Part shown: positions 16,956-25,072 of the stretch, piece after piece
Numbering within the stretch: position 1 is the stretch's first letter
Layout of the letters: each line of letters opens with the position of its first letter
DNA from: Vibrio cholerae ATCC 14035
Lineage (GTDB): Bacteria > Pseudomonadota > Gammaproteobacteria > Enterobacterales > Vibrionaceae
Length of the DNA stretch: 32,000 bases
Direction of reading: 5' to 3'
Assembly: GCF_000621645.1 (NCBI RefSeq)
Contig: NZ_JHXR01000002.1
Coordinates: 270,001-302,000, forward strand
Position numbers and translations under genes: made by a program
The notes under the pieces: generated by a model
Databases searched by the model: none
Told to the model about the DNA's origin: nothing
Seen by the model: the letters and a program-made list of their open reading frames with translations, nothing else

Positions 16956-19900
16956 TTATTGGTATTGCACTTGAGTAAAGCGGTAAAGATAGTGAGGCCC
17001 GCCCGCTTTCGGCCCCGTTCCTGACAAGCCTTGTCCGCCAAACGGTTGTACCCCCACCACAGCCCCGACTTGATCGCGGTTGATATAGCAGTTGCCCACT
17101 CGAGCATGTTTTTCAATCCAGCGATACGTGGTTTCGTTACGGCTATGAATGCCCATGGTTAAACCAAAACCAGTTTGGTTGATTTTGTCGACGATCTGCG
17201 CCAATTCGCGTGCTTTAAACCGAACAATGTGCAAGATCGGGCCAAACTGCTCTTCACTCAGCGCGGCAATATCATCAATTTCAAAGGCGGTTGGCGCAAC
17301 AAAGTCGCCATGTTGGCAAGCGTCATCCAAAGTAAGCTGAGCGATTTTCTTCTGGGTTTGGCTCATGTGTTCAATGTGCGCCAACAGTTTCTGTTTGGCT
17401 TTTTCATCAATCACTGGACCGACATCGGTTTGATGCAGATGTGGCACACCGACTTTCAGCTCTTGCATCGCGCCCTGAATCAAAGTAATCACGCGATCGG
17501 CAATATCCTGCTGTACAAACAGCACACGCAGTGCCGAACAGCGTTGGCCAGCAGAGGCAAAAGCGGAACGCAGCACATCACGCACCACTTGCTCTGGCAG
17601 CGCGGTACTGTCGACAATCATGGCGTTTTGACCGCCAGTTTCTGCAATAAATGGTACCGGAGCCGCTTCACGTTGCGCTAACGTTTGGTTAATGCGCTGC
17701 GCCGTGGCGGTCGAGCCAGTAAACGCCACACCCGCGATGGCCGGATGAGAAGTGAGTGCGCTGCCGATATCGGCACCGCGTCCCGGCAAAAGTTGGATGG
17801 TTCCAGCAGGGAAACCCGCTTCTTGCATCAGCTCAACCGCGCGATACGCGATCAAACTGGTTTGCTCGGCAGGTTTGGCAATCACGGTATTTCCGGCCAC
17901 CAAGGCAGCACTGATTTGGCCAAGGAAAATCGCCAGCGGGAAGTTCCACGGGCTGATACACACAAATACACCACGACCTTGACGGCTAACACGACGTGTT
18001 GATCCATCAAAGCTTTCGACACTGAACTCGCCCAGCACATCGACTTGTTTGGCGTAATAACGACAGAAATCGACCGCTTCACGCACTTCATCAATGCTGT
18101 CGTGAATGGTTTTGCCTGCTTCTTGGTGACACAAGGCCACCAACTCAGGCATATGCAGTTCAAGCAGATCCGCCAGCGCATCCAATTTACTCGCACGCAC
18201 TTTGGCATCAAGCGCATTCCAAGTTGCAAAAGCTTGTTGAGCAGAGTCGATCGCATCGGAAACATGATCAAGGTTAGCGTGAAACACCTGACCGACTTGA
18301 ATACGACGATCGTAAGGCGCAGTGACGGGCTCTGCACTGTGATCCGCCTTGATCATGCTTTCGTAATAAGAGTGCCCGCCAATGATCGGTACCGCATGCC
18401 ACGTCTTATCTAACCAAGCGTGGATCTGAGCTTCAAACGGCTTCGCTTCACTCTCAATATCAATGTTGATCCCCAATGAGTTTTTGCGCTCGGCAAAAAT
18501 CTCCGTTGGCAGTGGGATCTTACGGTTATTTAAGGTTTCAAACGCAAGCAGCATATCGACTGGATGCTGAGTCAACGCACCAATCGGGCAGCGCGAGTCC
18601 ACCAAGCGGTGTACGAACGAACTGTTTGCACCATTTTCCAATAATCGACGCACCAGATAGGGCAGCAGATCTTTATGGCTGCCCACGGGGGCATAAATCC
18701 GTACCGACTGCTGATAAGCGGCTTTCGCATGGTGATAAAGCGCATCCCCCATGCCATGCAAACGCTGAAATTCAAAATCTTTGTGTTGTGCCATCACCGC
18801 AATCGCGGTAACGGTTTGCGCGTTATGGCTAGCAAATTGCGGGAACAGATTGCCGCGTACCGATTCGCTCAGTAAGAAACGAGCACAAGCGAGATAAGAA
18901 ACATCGGTCGCTTCTTTGCGCGTATAAACCGGATAGCCAATAAAGCCTCGTTGCTGTGACATCTTAATTTCGCTGTCCCAATACGCACCTTTGACTAAAC
19001 GCACAGGAATGAGATCGCCCTGCTCTTTCGCGAGAGCCGTCAGCCAAACCAATACTGGCAACGCACGTTTGGAGTAGGCTTGAACCACCAAACCAAACTT
19101 ACCCCAACCACGCAGCGTGTCGCTGCGGTAGAGCTTTTCAAACAGATGCAGTGACAGCTCTAAACGATCCGCTTCTTCGGCATCAATCGTGATGGCGACA
19201 TCCAGCTCTTTCGCGCGCTCAAGCAGTTGAATAAGTGTGCTGTACAGCTCGGTCATCACGCGATCGGCATTCGCCACTTGGTAGCGAGGATGCAAAGCAG
19301 AAAGTTTGATCGAGACCGACGGCGCAGGGCTGGTCTCCAGACCATATTTATCGCGGCCTACCGCTTCAATCGCCATCAAGTAATCTTTGAAATACTTGTG
19401 CGCATCGGCAGAAGTCAGCGCCGCTTCACCCAACATATCAAACGAATAGGTATAACCCTTATCACGCATCGGGCGACCATTTTTCTGCGCTTCTTCAATG
19501 GTGCGTCCAAGCACAAATTGATGGCCCATGATCTTCATGGCTTGATGCATGGCTTTGCGGATCACAGGTTCAGTCAGCTTATTCACTAAGCGATTCACCG
19601 CTTGCACTGGGCTTGCGATATCTCCATCTGCCAAGCCAATCACTTTACCTGTCAGCATCAAGCCCCAAGTTGAAGCATTCACGAATACAGAATCTGAATT
19701 TTTCAGGTGGGATTTCCAATCCGCAACACCCAAGCGGTCTTTAATAAACGCGTCAGCCGTTTCCGCATCAGGAATACGCATTAACGCTTCCGCCAAACAC
19801 ATCAGCAAAATACCTTCTTGGGTATCCAAGCTGTATTCCAAAAGCAGTGCATCAATCATCTGCACCGCTTTTTTATCGCTGCGGATCGCTTCAATTAAGC

Positions 19901-20075
19901 GCGTGGTTTTCTCTGCCATTGCTGCTTTTTCAGCATGGCTTGGCGTTGCGAGAGGCAATAATTGGGTCAGCCATTGGGATTCGTCCACCATATACAGTGG
20001 CGAGATCAGCGACCATAGTTTATCCAGCGGCTGCTCGATAAACGCTGCGTTCAACACATCGGTTGCTGTAAACAT
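16956..20075 (-). CDS. putA: Bifunctional proline dehydrogenase / L-glutamate-gamma-semialdehyde (P5C) dehydrogenase, lacking the RHH DNA-binding domain and the CTD
   Basis: 1039-aa ORF. PRODH barrel motifs are present (SIKLSALHPRY, RLVKGAYWDSEIK, YLVRRLLENGANSSF). So are GSALDH motifs (ISPWNFPLAIF, ETGGQNAMIVD, SAGQRCSALRV, GTGPKAGGPHYLYRF). The N-terminus aligns to about residue 87 of E. coli PutA. Confidence 0.95.
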   Translation of the reverse strand: MFTATDVLNAAFIEQPLDKLWSLISPLYMVDESQWLTQLLPLATPSHAEKAAMAEKTTRLIEAIRSDKKAVQMIDALLLEYSLDTQEGILLMCLAEALMRIPDAETADAFIKDRLGVADWKSHLKNSDSVFVNASTWGLMLTGKVIGLADGDIASPVQAVNRLVNKLTEPVIRKAMHQAMKIMGHQFVLGRTIEEAQKNGRPMRDKGYTYSFDMLGEAALTSADAHKYFKDYLMAIEAVGRDKYGLETSPAPSVSIKLSALHPRYQVANADRVMTELYSTLIQLLERAKELDVAITIDAEEADRLELSLHLFEKLYRSDTLRGWGKFGLVVQAYSKRALPVLVWLTALAKEQGDLIPVRLVKGAYWDSEIKMSQQRGFIGYPVYTRKEATDVSYLACARFLLSESVRGNLFPQFASHNAQTVTAIAVMAQHKDFEFQRLHGMGDALYHHAKAAYQQSVRIYAPVGSHKDLLPYLVRRLLENGANSSFVHRLVDSRCPIGALTQHPVDMLLAFETLNNRKIPLPTEIFAERKNSLGINIDIESEAKPFEAQIHAWLDKTWHAVPIIGGHSYYESMIKADHSAEPVTAPYDRRIQVGQVFHANLDHVSDAIDSAQQAFATWNALDAKVRASKLDALADLLELHMPELVALCHQEAGKTIHDSIDEVREAVDFCRYYAKQVDVLGEFSVESFDGSTRRVSRQGRGVFVCISPWNFPLAIFLGQISAALVAGNTVIAKPAEQTSLIAYRAVELMQEAGFPAGTIQLLPGRGADIGSALTSHPAIAGVAFTGSTATAQRINQTLAQREAAPVPFIAETGGQNAMIVDSTALPEQVVRDVLRSAFASAGQRCSALRVLFVQQDIADRVITLIQGAMQELKVGVPHLHQTDVGPVIDEKAKQKLLAHIEHMSQTQKKIAQLTLDDACQHGDFVAPTAFEIDDIAALSEEQFGPILHIVRFKARELAQIVDKINQTGFGLTMGIHSRNETTYRWIEKHARVGNCYINRDQVGAVVGVQPFGGQGLSGTGPKAGGPHYLYRFTQVQYQ

Positions 20076-20414
20076 GTGGTTTCCTTCATCTCATACCTGA
20101 CAGATTGAGTCAGGTTTCCTGCAATGGCTGGCAGTGTATTTTGAGCGTGAGAAGAAAACTTGTCAAAAAGTCCTAGTATTTTGTCAATAACTCTGAGTTT
20201 TAACAAAACAAAAACAAGATCACACCAATTCAAGTAAGTTTCATCGCCAATTATTTTGCAATTGTTGCAACTCAACAACGACAAAAAGTGAGCCACTCTA
20301 CATCAATAAGCAGGCAGATGCGTAGTCACTAGAGTTTTGTCACCAAGAGATAAAAGGCTTGAGGATTGAGTCTTCGCGAGCTCAATAAACGAGGAATTCA
20401 AGGATCACTCAACA

Positions 20415-21278
20415 TTAGATCGAAGAAGAAAAGCGCCGCTTATATTGCGAAGGTGAAATACCATGTAACCGAGAAAAAGTATGCGTGAACGTACTTTGAT
20501 TGGAAAAACCCGTCAGCTCCGCAATCTGACCCAAATTAAGTCGACCTTGCTCAATCAACTTCTTCGCCATATCGACGCGTTTGTTCAACACATATTGATG
20601 CGGCGTGAGCCCCATTTGCTCTTTGAACAAGACATGAAATTGGCTTTCACTTAAGAACACGCTTCCTGCTAACTGTGCAACGGAAATTCGGTGCGCTAAG
20701 TGCTGCTCGATATAGCGATCCACCACTTCCATATCAAAGCGAGACTCTTTATGGACACTGGCCAGCGCGCTGATGTGGCGCTGCAAAAGTGCAACAACCG
20801 TATCGTTACAAGCTCGGCCAAGCAGCAAGTCGTCAGGACTGGCTTGCATCTCCTGCACCAGCATTTGAATTAAACGTTGGATCTGACCATCGAGTTGAAA
20901 ATAAACGTCACCGACCACGAGTTCATTGAGTTTGCGCAGTAGTAGCGGATCATCGTCACTCGGCACTGGCATATTGAGCACCAGAATATCCGATTGCCCC
21001 ACGACACCACCAAACGCATGATCCGAACCGGATGTCACCACACACCCCTGCCCGGGCCCGACAATATTCCCCATACCACGGACTTCAAATTCAGCCTGCC
21101 CTTTCAAGCCAATCACAATTTGCGTGTAACTATGATCATGGCAAGCCATATGTGAAGGCAAAGTGATCAGTTCTGCCGGTTTAGGCGACAAAACTTTGGC
21201 AATGGAAGAAGCCTTGCCAGCCTCTGGGGCATGCGATTGAGCCATTTCAACCTCATCAGGTGGGATTTGCGCGGCCAT
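20415..21278 (-). CDS. AraC/XylS-family transcriptional regulator with an N-terminal cupin-type sensor domain
   Basis: 287-aa ORF with a C-terminal double HTH (IAELTGFSNQSTFTHTFSRLHGISPSQYKRR). The start is ambiguous: ATG 21278, or ATG 21245 which has a better GAGG SD. It lies directly upstream of putA in the same orientation and divergent from crvA. Confidence 0.85.
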   Translation of the reverse strand: MAAQIPPDEVEMAQSHAPEAGKASSIAKVLSPKPAELITLPSHMACHDHSYTQIVIGLKGQAEFEVRGMGNIVGPGQGCVVTSGSDHAFGGVVGQSDILVLNMPVPSDDDPLLLRKLNELVVGDVYFQLDGQIQRLIQMLVQEMQASPDDLLLGRACNDTVVALLQRHISALASVHKESRFDMEVVDRYIEQHLAHRISVAQLAGSVFLSESQFHVLFKEQMGLTPHQYVLNKRVDMAKKLIEQGRLNLGQIAELTGFSNQSTFTHTFSRLHGISPSQYKRRFSSSI

Positions 21279-21669
21279 GGTATCTCAAATTGCTTCAAAA
21301 CGAAATCACTCCCATTTAGAGGCTTTGATAGCCAATTACGCACATATTAATAAAAGATCTTGGCTGCAATTGGGTTCAATTCTCATCTCGGAACAATGAT
21401 CAAGTGCACATAAATTACGGTCAATGTGTACTCAATTTAAAAAACGTTAAAGTAGATCGGAAAACTCAGCTTGCATATTTCTCGAATCTGCTCAAAATGA
21501 AAATGCTTAGATCTAAAGTTCAAAAAATCAGTCACCTAGTGCACAGATTTGTGATGATTTCTGACTAAGCGGAATAAAATTTGCATTAATAATTCAGCTA
21601 TCTACAAAGCTGTCAAAAGTTTGTCTTTCCCACTTTATGTGGCTAAACATAAATATGTTGCAGGGACCT

Positions 21670-22776
21670 ATGATTAAACGTCGCATCCCAGCGCTATTGC
21701 TTGCGCTATCCCCTTTATGGGTATCTGCATCGGTGTACGCAGAGGAGGTCACTCAGGCTGACCCCGTTGCGGCTATCGATGAGAAATTGAGTAACAAACA
21801 AAATGAAATCAACGCGATTCTCACCGACTACGAGGTGGAAAGCGGTAAACTGCAACAACTGAAAAATGAGCAGAGTCGATTAAAACGTGAAGGCGAAGAG
21901 CTAGATGCTAAGCGTAATCGTGCTAAGTCTGAGTTGGACAAACAGTATACTCGCCTTCTTGAAGATCCAGACACCGACCTAGTCACCTTTCAAAAACGCT
22001 ACCAAGAGGCGTGGAATGCGCTCAAGTCGAATCAATCACAAAAACTCGACAACGAACAAGCGGTGACTGAAATTGAAATGCGTCTGTCGCAAATCAAACA
22101 GCGACAAGCGCGTTTGGATACTGAGCTGACCAATTTGGAAGAAGCCAAAATTGAGGCTCGCGTTAAGCGTTTAGCGGCGGAACTGCGTGAAAGTAGCGTG
22201 TTAGAAACTACCTTCAAGACGACCTGTTCAACCACCATGACACTGGGTGAATGTGCTAATCAGGGCCAATACCTGACGAAGCAGAAAGCGGTGAAAACTT
22301 TCCGTGAAAATCTCATCAATGATGTCACGGAATCCGCGATCGCGAAGCAAAACTTGAAAGGCGTTGAGTTCAATATTCACGTTCAAGAAAGCCAAATGAT
22401 CCGCTCAGGTTTTGAAGGTAACAACGAATACTTCACCCAAATGCAAGCTCAGCTACAAGCCAAACCAGAAGCTGTCGCGGCGTGTAAACTGCTGAATGTG
22501 GAAACCCGTTACTGTTTAAAGGGTGAGTCAGAACAAGCGGCTCCTAAGAAACAAGATAAACAGTGGGCGAACGTGACAGTACGCTCTGATCAATACAATG
22601 ATTCTGTGACCATTAATGGCGTCAACTATGGTAGTACTCCCGTTGAACTCGTATTACCAGCGGGTAAACACCAAGTCACCGTATCGAAAGAAGGTTATGA
22701 AACCTACAATCGTGTGATTACGGTCAATGGCAATGACACGGTGTGGGTAAAACTCAGACCAAACAAAGACAGCTAG
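21670..22776 (+). CDS. crvA: Periplasmic coiled-coil / PEGA-domain filament protein (cell-curvature determinant CrvA)
   Basis: The ORF is 21637-22776. I prefer ATG 21670, which yields a signal peptide MIKRRIPALLLALSPLWVSASVYA|EE. A long heptad-rich Q/E/K/L region follows, then two Cys pairs. The C-terminal PEGA domain reads VTINGVNYGSTPVELVLPAGKHQVTVSKEGYETY. The symbol comes from my recollection of V. cholerae VCA1075. Confidence 0.85.
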   Translation: MIKRRIPALLLALSPLWVSASVYAEEVTQADPVAAIDEKLSNKQNEINAILTDYEVESGKLQQLKNEQSRLKREGEELDAKRNRAKSELDKQYTRLLEDPDTDLVTFQKRYQEAWNALKSNQSQKLDNEQAVTEIEMRLSQIKQRQARLDTELTNLEEAKIEARVKRLAAELRESSVLETTFKTTCSTTMTLGECANQGQYLTKQKAVKTFRENLINDVTESAIAKQNLKGVEFNIHVQESQMIRSGFEGNNEYFTQMQAQLQAKPEAVAACKLLNVETRYCLKGESEQAAPKKQDKQWANVTVRSDQYNDSVTINGVNYGSTPVELVLPAGKHQVTVSKEGYETYNRVITVNGNDTVWVKLRPNKDS

Positions 22777-22825
22777 CCGCACAAAAATCCAACGATTTCT
22801 TGTCGGAATTCACAAACCTGTCGAT

Positions 22826-22887
22826 AAAACGCCATTTTGTCACTAAGTTATTGAAAGATGACTTCTGACAAAATGGCGTTTTCGTTT
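22826..22887 (+). terminator. Long-stem terminator after crvA, overlapping a putative crvB promoter
   Basis: 17-bp perfect stem AAAACGCCATTTTGTCA / TGACAAAATGGCGTTTT with a 23-nt loop, followed by TTTTCGTTT. TAGAAT (22887-22892) with TGACAA about 16 nt upstream could serve as the -10/-35 for crvB. Confidence 0.65.
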
Positions 22888-22935
22888 AGAATGCTCATAA
22901 CTTAGACTTAATTTCCTAACTTGAAGTAGACCACC

Positions 22936-24753
22936 ATGCGACAAGGGATTCCCGCTTTATTATTAGCACTTTCACCTTGCTTAATGGCAGCACCAGTGCT
23001 AGCAGAAGAAGTCACCTCTTCTGTTCTTGCCATTGACGATGCGCTGTTTGGCAAACATACCGAGCTGCAAAATGCCACGGATGCAACCAAACTTCAAAAA
23101 GTGGCCGTCGATAACCAACAGGCCGAGCTGAATCGCTTGACTCAGCAAGCGAAAGCTTTGGATGCGGCGCTAAAAACAGCCAAAACCAACCTTGAGCGTG
23201 ATTATCAAAAAATGATTGATGAGCCGGATCTCGACATCCAGCCATCACAAAACGCGTATCAAGCCGCATGGGCTCAGGTCAAACAGAACCAAGTCGCACG
23301 TTTGGATGCTGAACAAAAACTGCAAGAGATGCAGTCGGTATTGGCACAATACCAGGTGCAACAGCAGACCATAGAGCAGAGTATTGCCCTACTCCAACAA
23401 GACAAAATGCGCGCACGTGTGGATAGACTGCGCGAGGAGTTGCAACGTTCTGGTGAACAAAAAGTCAGCTTCACCAATGTGTGTAGTTCGGACATGACAT
23501 TTGCACAATGTAGCAAACAGACCACAGATTTAGCGTTGCAGAAAGCGGTCAGCCAATTTCAACTTTGGCTTATCGATGAAAGCAGTGAGTCCAACGCGAT
23601 CAAAGGACAATTGAGTAATGTCTCGCTCAATATCCATCTGCTCAAACATGAAGTGGTCGATTCTGGTTTCTATGACGGCATGCGGTTTAGAAGCATAGTG
23701 AATGCTCAACTTGAAGCTCGTCCCGCGGAAAACGCTCCTTGTAAGCTCTTGAATATTGACTCGCAGTACTGTTTCGCGCCCGGTCAAGGTGATATGTCGC
23801 AGCAGCAACAAGAAGTGGCTTGGATTAACTTAGCCATCCGCTCCAATCAACATGGCGATCGGGTGACCATTGGTGGTGTCAATTATGGCAGTACTCCGGT
23901 TGAAGTATTACTGCCTGTTGGTAAACATCAGATAAAAATTGAAAAAGAGGGCTTCCGCACTTTTGAGCAAGAAGTCAACATCACCTCCGATCAGACCATT
24001 CGGGTTAACTTGCATGAAAAGGCGAACCCTTTACGTGTCGGACAGAAATTTGCCGATTCGGGAAAAAGTAAAGTCAGCGCACCAGAGGTGATCACCATTC
24101 TACCGGGGCAATATCTGTTGGGCGAAAATGCCGCCAAACAATATAACCTTGATCATGCTTTCGCACTCAGCTCAACGCCCGTGACAGTTAGCCAGTTTGA
24201 AAACTTCGTCACTCAAACCAAATACAAAACTGATGCGGAACTCAAAAATCTCTGTATTTCGGTGAATGAATCGGAAATTGCTCCAGTATCCGATAGCGAT
24301 TGGCGCAACCCAGGTTTCAAACAGAGTAAAGATTCACCCGTTGTGTGCGTCAGCCAGAATGATGCCAAAGCTTATGCTCGCTGGCTTTCTAAAGAAACAG
24401 GCTTTACGTACCGCTTACCCACGGAAGAAGAGTGGGAAATCGCCGCTCGTGCAGGCAGCAAAACCGATTACTGGTGGGGCAATAAATTTGGTGCTGGTAA
24501 AGCCAACACGGGATGGGCAGGAACCTCTTGGTCTAACAAAAGTACCTCCCCAGTCAAAGCCTTCGCTCCTAACGCCTTAGGGTTTTACGACATGGTAGGT
24601 AATGTTTGGGAATGGACTGGCGATTCACGCGGTTTAGCCAAAGGTGGCGCTTGGAGCTTCTCGCCTGAAATGGCAAAAGCCTATAGCGAGCTTTTTGTTG
24701 GCCCAACAACGGCGGCCAATTATGTCGGTTTCCGAGTATTGCGCGAGCTGTAA
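22936..24753 (+). CDS. crvB: CrvA paralogue with an added C-terminal FGE-sulfatase (SUMF1-like) domain (CrvB)
   Basis: 605-aa ORF. The signal peptide MRQGIPALLLALSPCLMAAPVLA|EE is nearly identical to CrvA's. The coiled-coil region, two Cys pairs and PEGA domain (VTIGGVNYGSTPVEVLLPVGKHQIKIEKEGFRTF) are all shared. The last ~220 aa carry FGE-sulfatase motifs (YRLPTEEEWEIAARAG, FYDMVGNVWEWT, GFRV). Confidence 0.85.
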   Translation: MRQGIPALLLALSPCLMAAPVLAEEVTSSVLAIDDALFGKHTELQNATDATKLQKVAVDNQQAELNRLTQQAKALDAALKTAKTNLERDYQKMIDEPDLDIQPSQNAYQAAWAQVKQNQVARLDAEQKLQEMQSVLAQYQVQQQTIEQSIALLQQDKMRARVDRLREELQRSGEQKVSFTNVCSSDMTFAQCSKQTTDLALQKAVSQFQLWLIDESSESNAIKGQLSNVSLNIHLLKHEVVDSGFYDGMRFRSIVNAQLEARPAENAPCKLLNIDSQYCFAPGQGDMSQQQQEVAWINLAIRSNQHGDRVTIGGVNYGSTPVEVLLPVGKHQIKIEKEGFRTFEQEVNITSDQTIRVNLHEKANPLRVGQKFADSGKSKVSAPEVITILPGQYLLGENAAKQYNLDHAFALSSTPVTVSQFENFVTQTKYKTDAELKNLCISVNESEIAPVSDSDWRNPGFKQSKDSPVVCVSQNDAKAYARWLSKETGFTYRLPTEEEWEIAARAGSKTDYWWGNKFGAGKANTGWAGTSWSNKSTSPVKAFAPNALGFYDMVGNVWEWTGDSRGLAKGGAWSFSPEMAKAYSELFVGPTTAANYVGFRVLREL

Positions 24754-24778
24754 TGTTGACTCAAACAATTATGCATAA

Positions 24779-24800
24779 AGGGGGGATTTCCCCCCTTTTT
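24779..24800 (+). promoter_or_regulatory. AGGGGGGATTTCCCCCCT palindrome: the VqmA operator of the vqmR promoter, and structurally a crvB intrinsic terminator
   Basis: G6 (24780-24785), ATTT, C6 (24790-24795), then T5 (24796-24800), located 26 nt after the crvB stop. The sequence equals the VqmA-bound palindrome as I recall it from VqmA-DNA structural work. It is centred about 43 bp upstream of the inferred vqmR transcription start. Confidence 0.7.
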
Positions 24801-24830
24801 CATTTGTACCGCGTTCGGTAAAGTACAAAC

Positions 24831-24981
24831 CAGAGCATGAGTTGCATGACTGATGCTTGGTATCAATATGATACCTCTGTGTGTTCAGCAGACCCTCGCT
24901 GGATTCATGGAACCTCTTCTACACGTCGACAAGATATGTTTCTTGTATTTATGCCAGCCCGTCTTCAGGCTGGCTTTTTTT
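24831..24981 (+). ncRNA. vqmR: VqmR Hfq-dependent small RNA (approximate 5' end)
   Basis: A -10-like TAAAGT (24819-24824) lies downstream of the operator. The 3' end is a clear terminator, GCCAGCC-CGTCTTCA-GGCTGGC plus T7 (24953-24981). The implied length of about 151 nt and the position directly upstream of vqmA match the published VqmR locus as I recall it. Confidence 0.75.
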
Positions 24982-25072
24982 CATCCAAACAGTCCCCCGA
25001 ATAGGCAAGATAAGCTTACAATCGACCCTGCTCTTGGTATCATATCGCCGCATTTCCAGTGGAGGATATGGC

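Noticed and set aside
19549-20100. Long antisense ORFs inside large genes: 183 aa and 168 aa (17175-17681) opposite putA, 167 aa (8198-8701) opposite speF, and 157 aa (12576-13049) opposite the MCP
   Set aside because: They are entirely embedded antisense to genes with unambiguous homology. They encode low-complexity or odd-composition proteins and have no SD or promoter signals. They are the typical shadow ORFs of the codon-complementary frame.
20051-20296. 81-aa minus-strand ORF upstream of and overlapping the putA start. I checked it as a possible detached RHH repressor.
   Set aside because: It overlaps the putA initiation region out of frame. The sequence has no ribbon-helix-helix pattern and no SD. 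I found no other small RHH-like ORF in 20076-20414 on either strand.
24881-25072. 5' extension of the vqmA ORF (310-aa version), plus the overlapping 75-aa ORF at 24853-25080
   Set aside because: Both run through a strong Rho-independent terminator (24953-24981) and the sRNA body, and have no SD. An in-frame GTG at 25073 with a GGAGGA SD gives the expected 246-aa PAS-LuxR protein.
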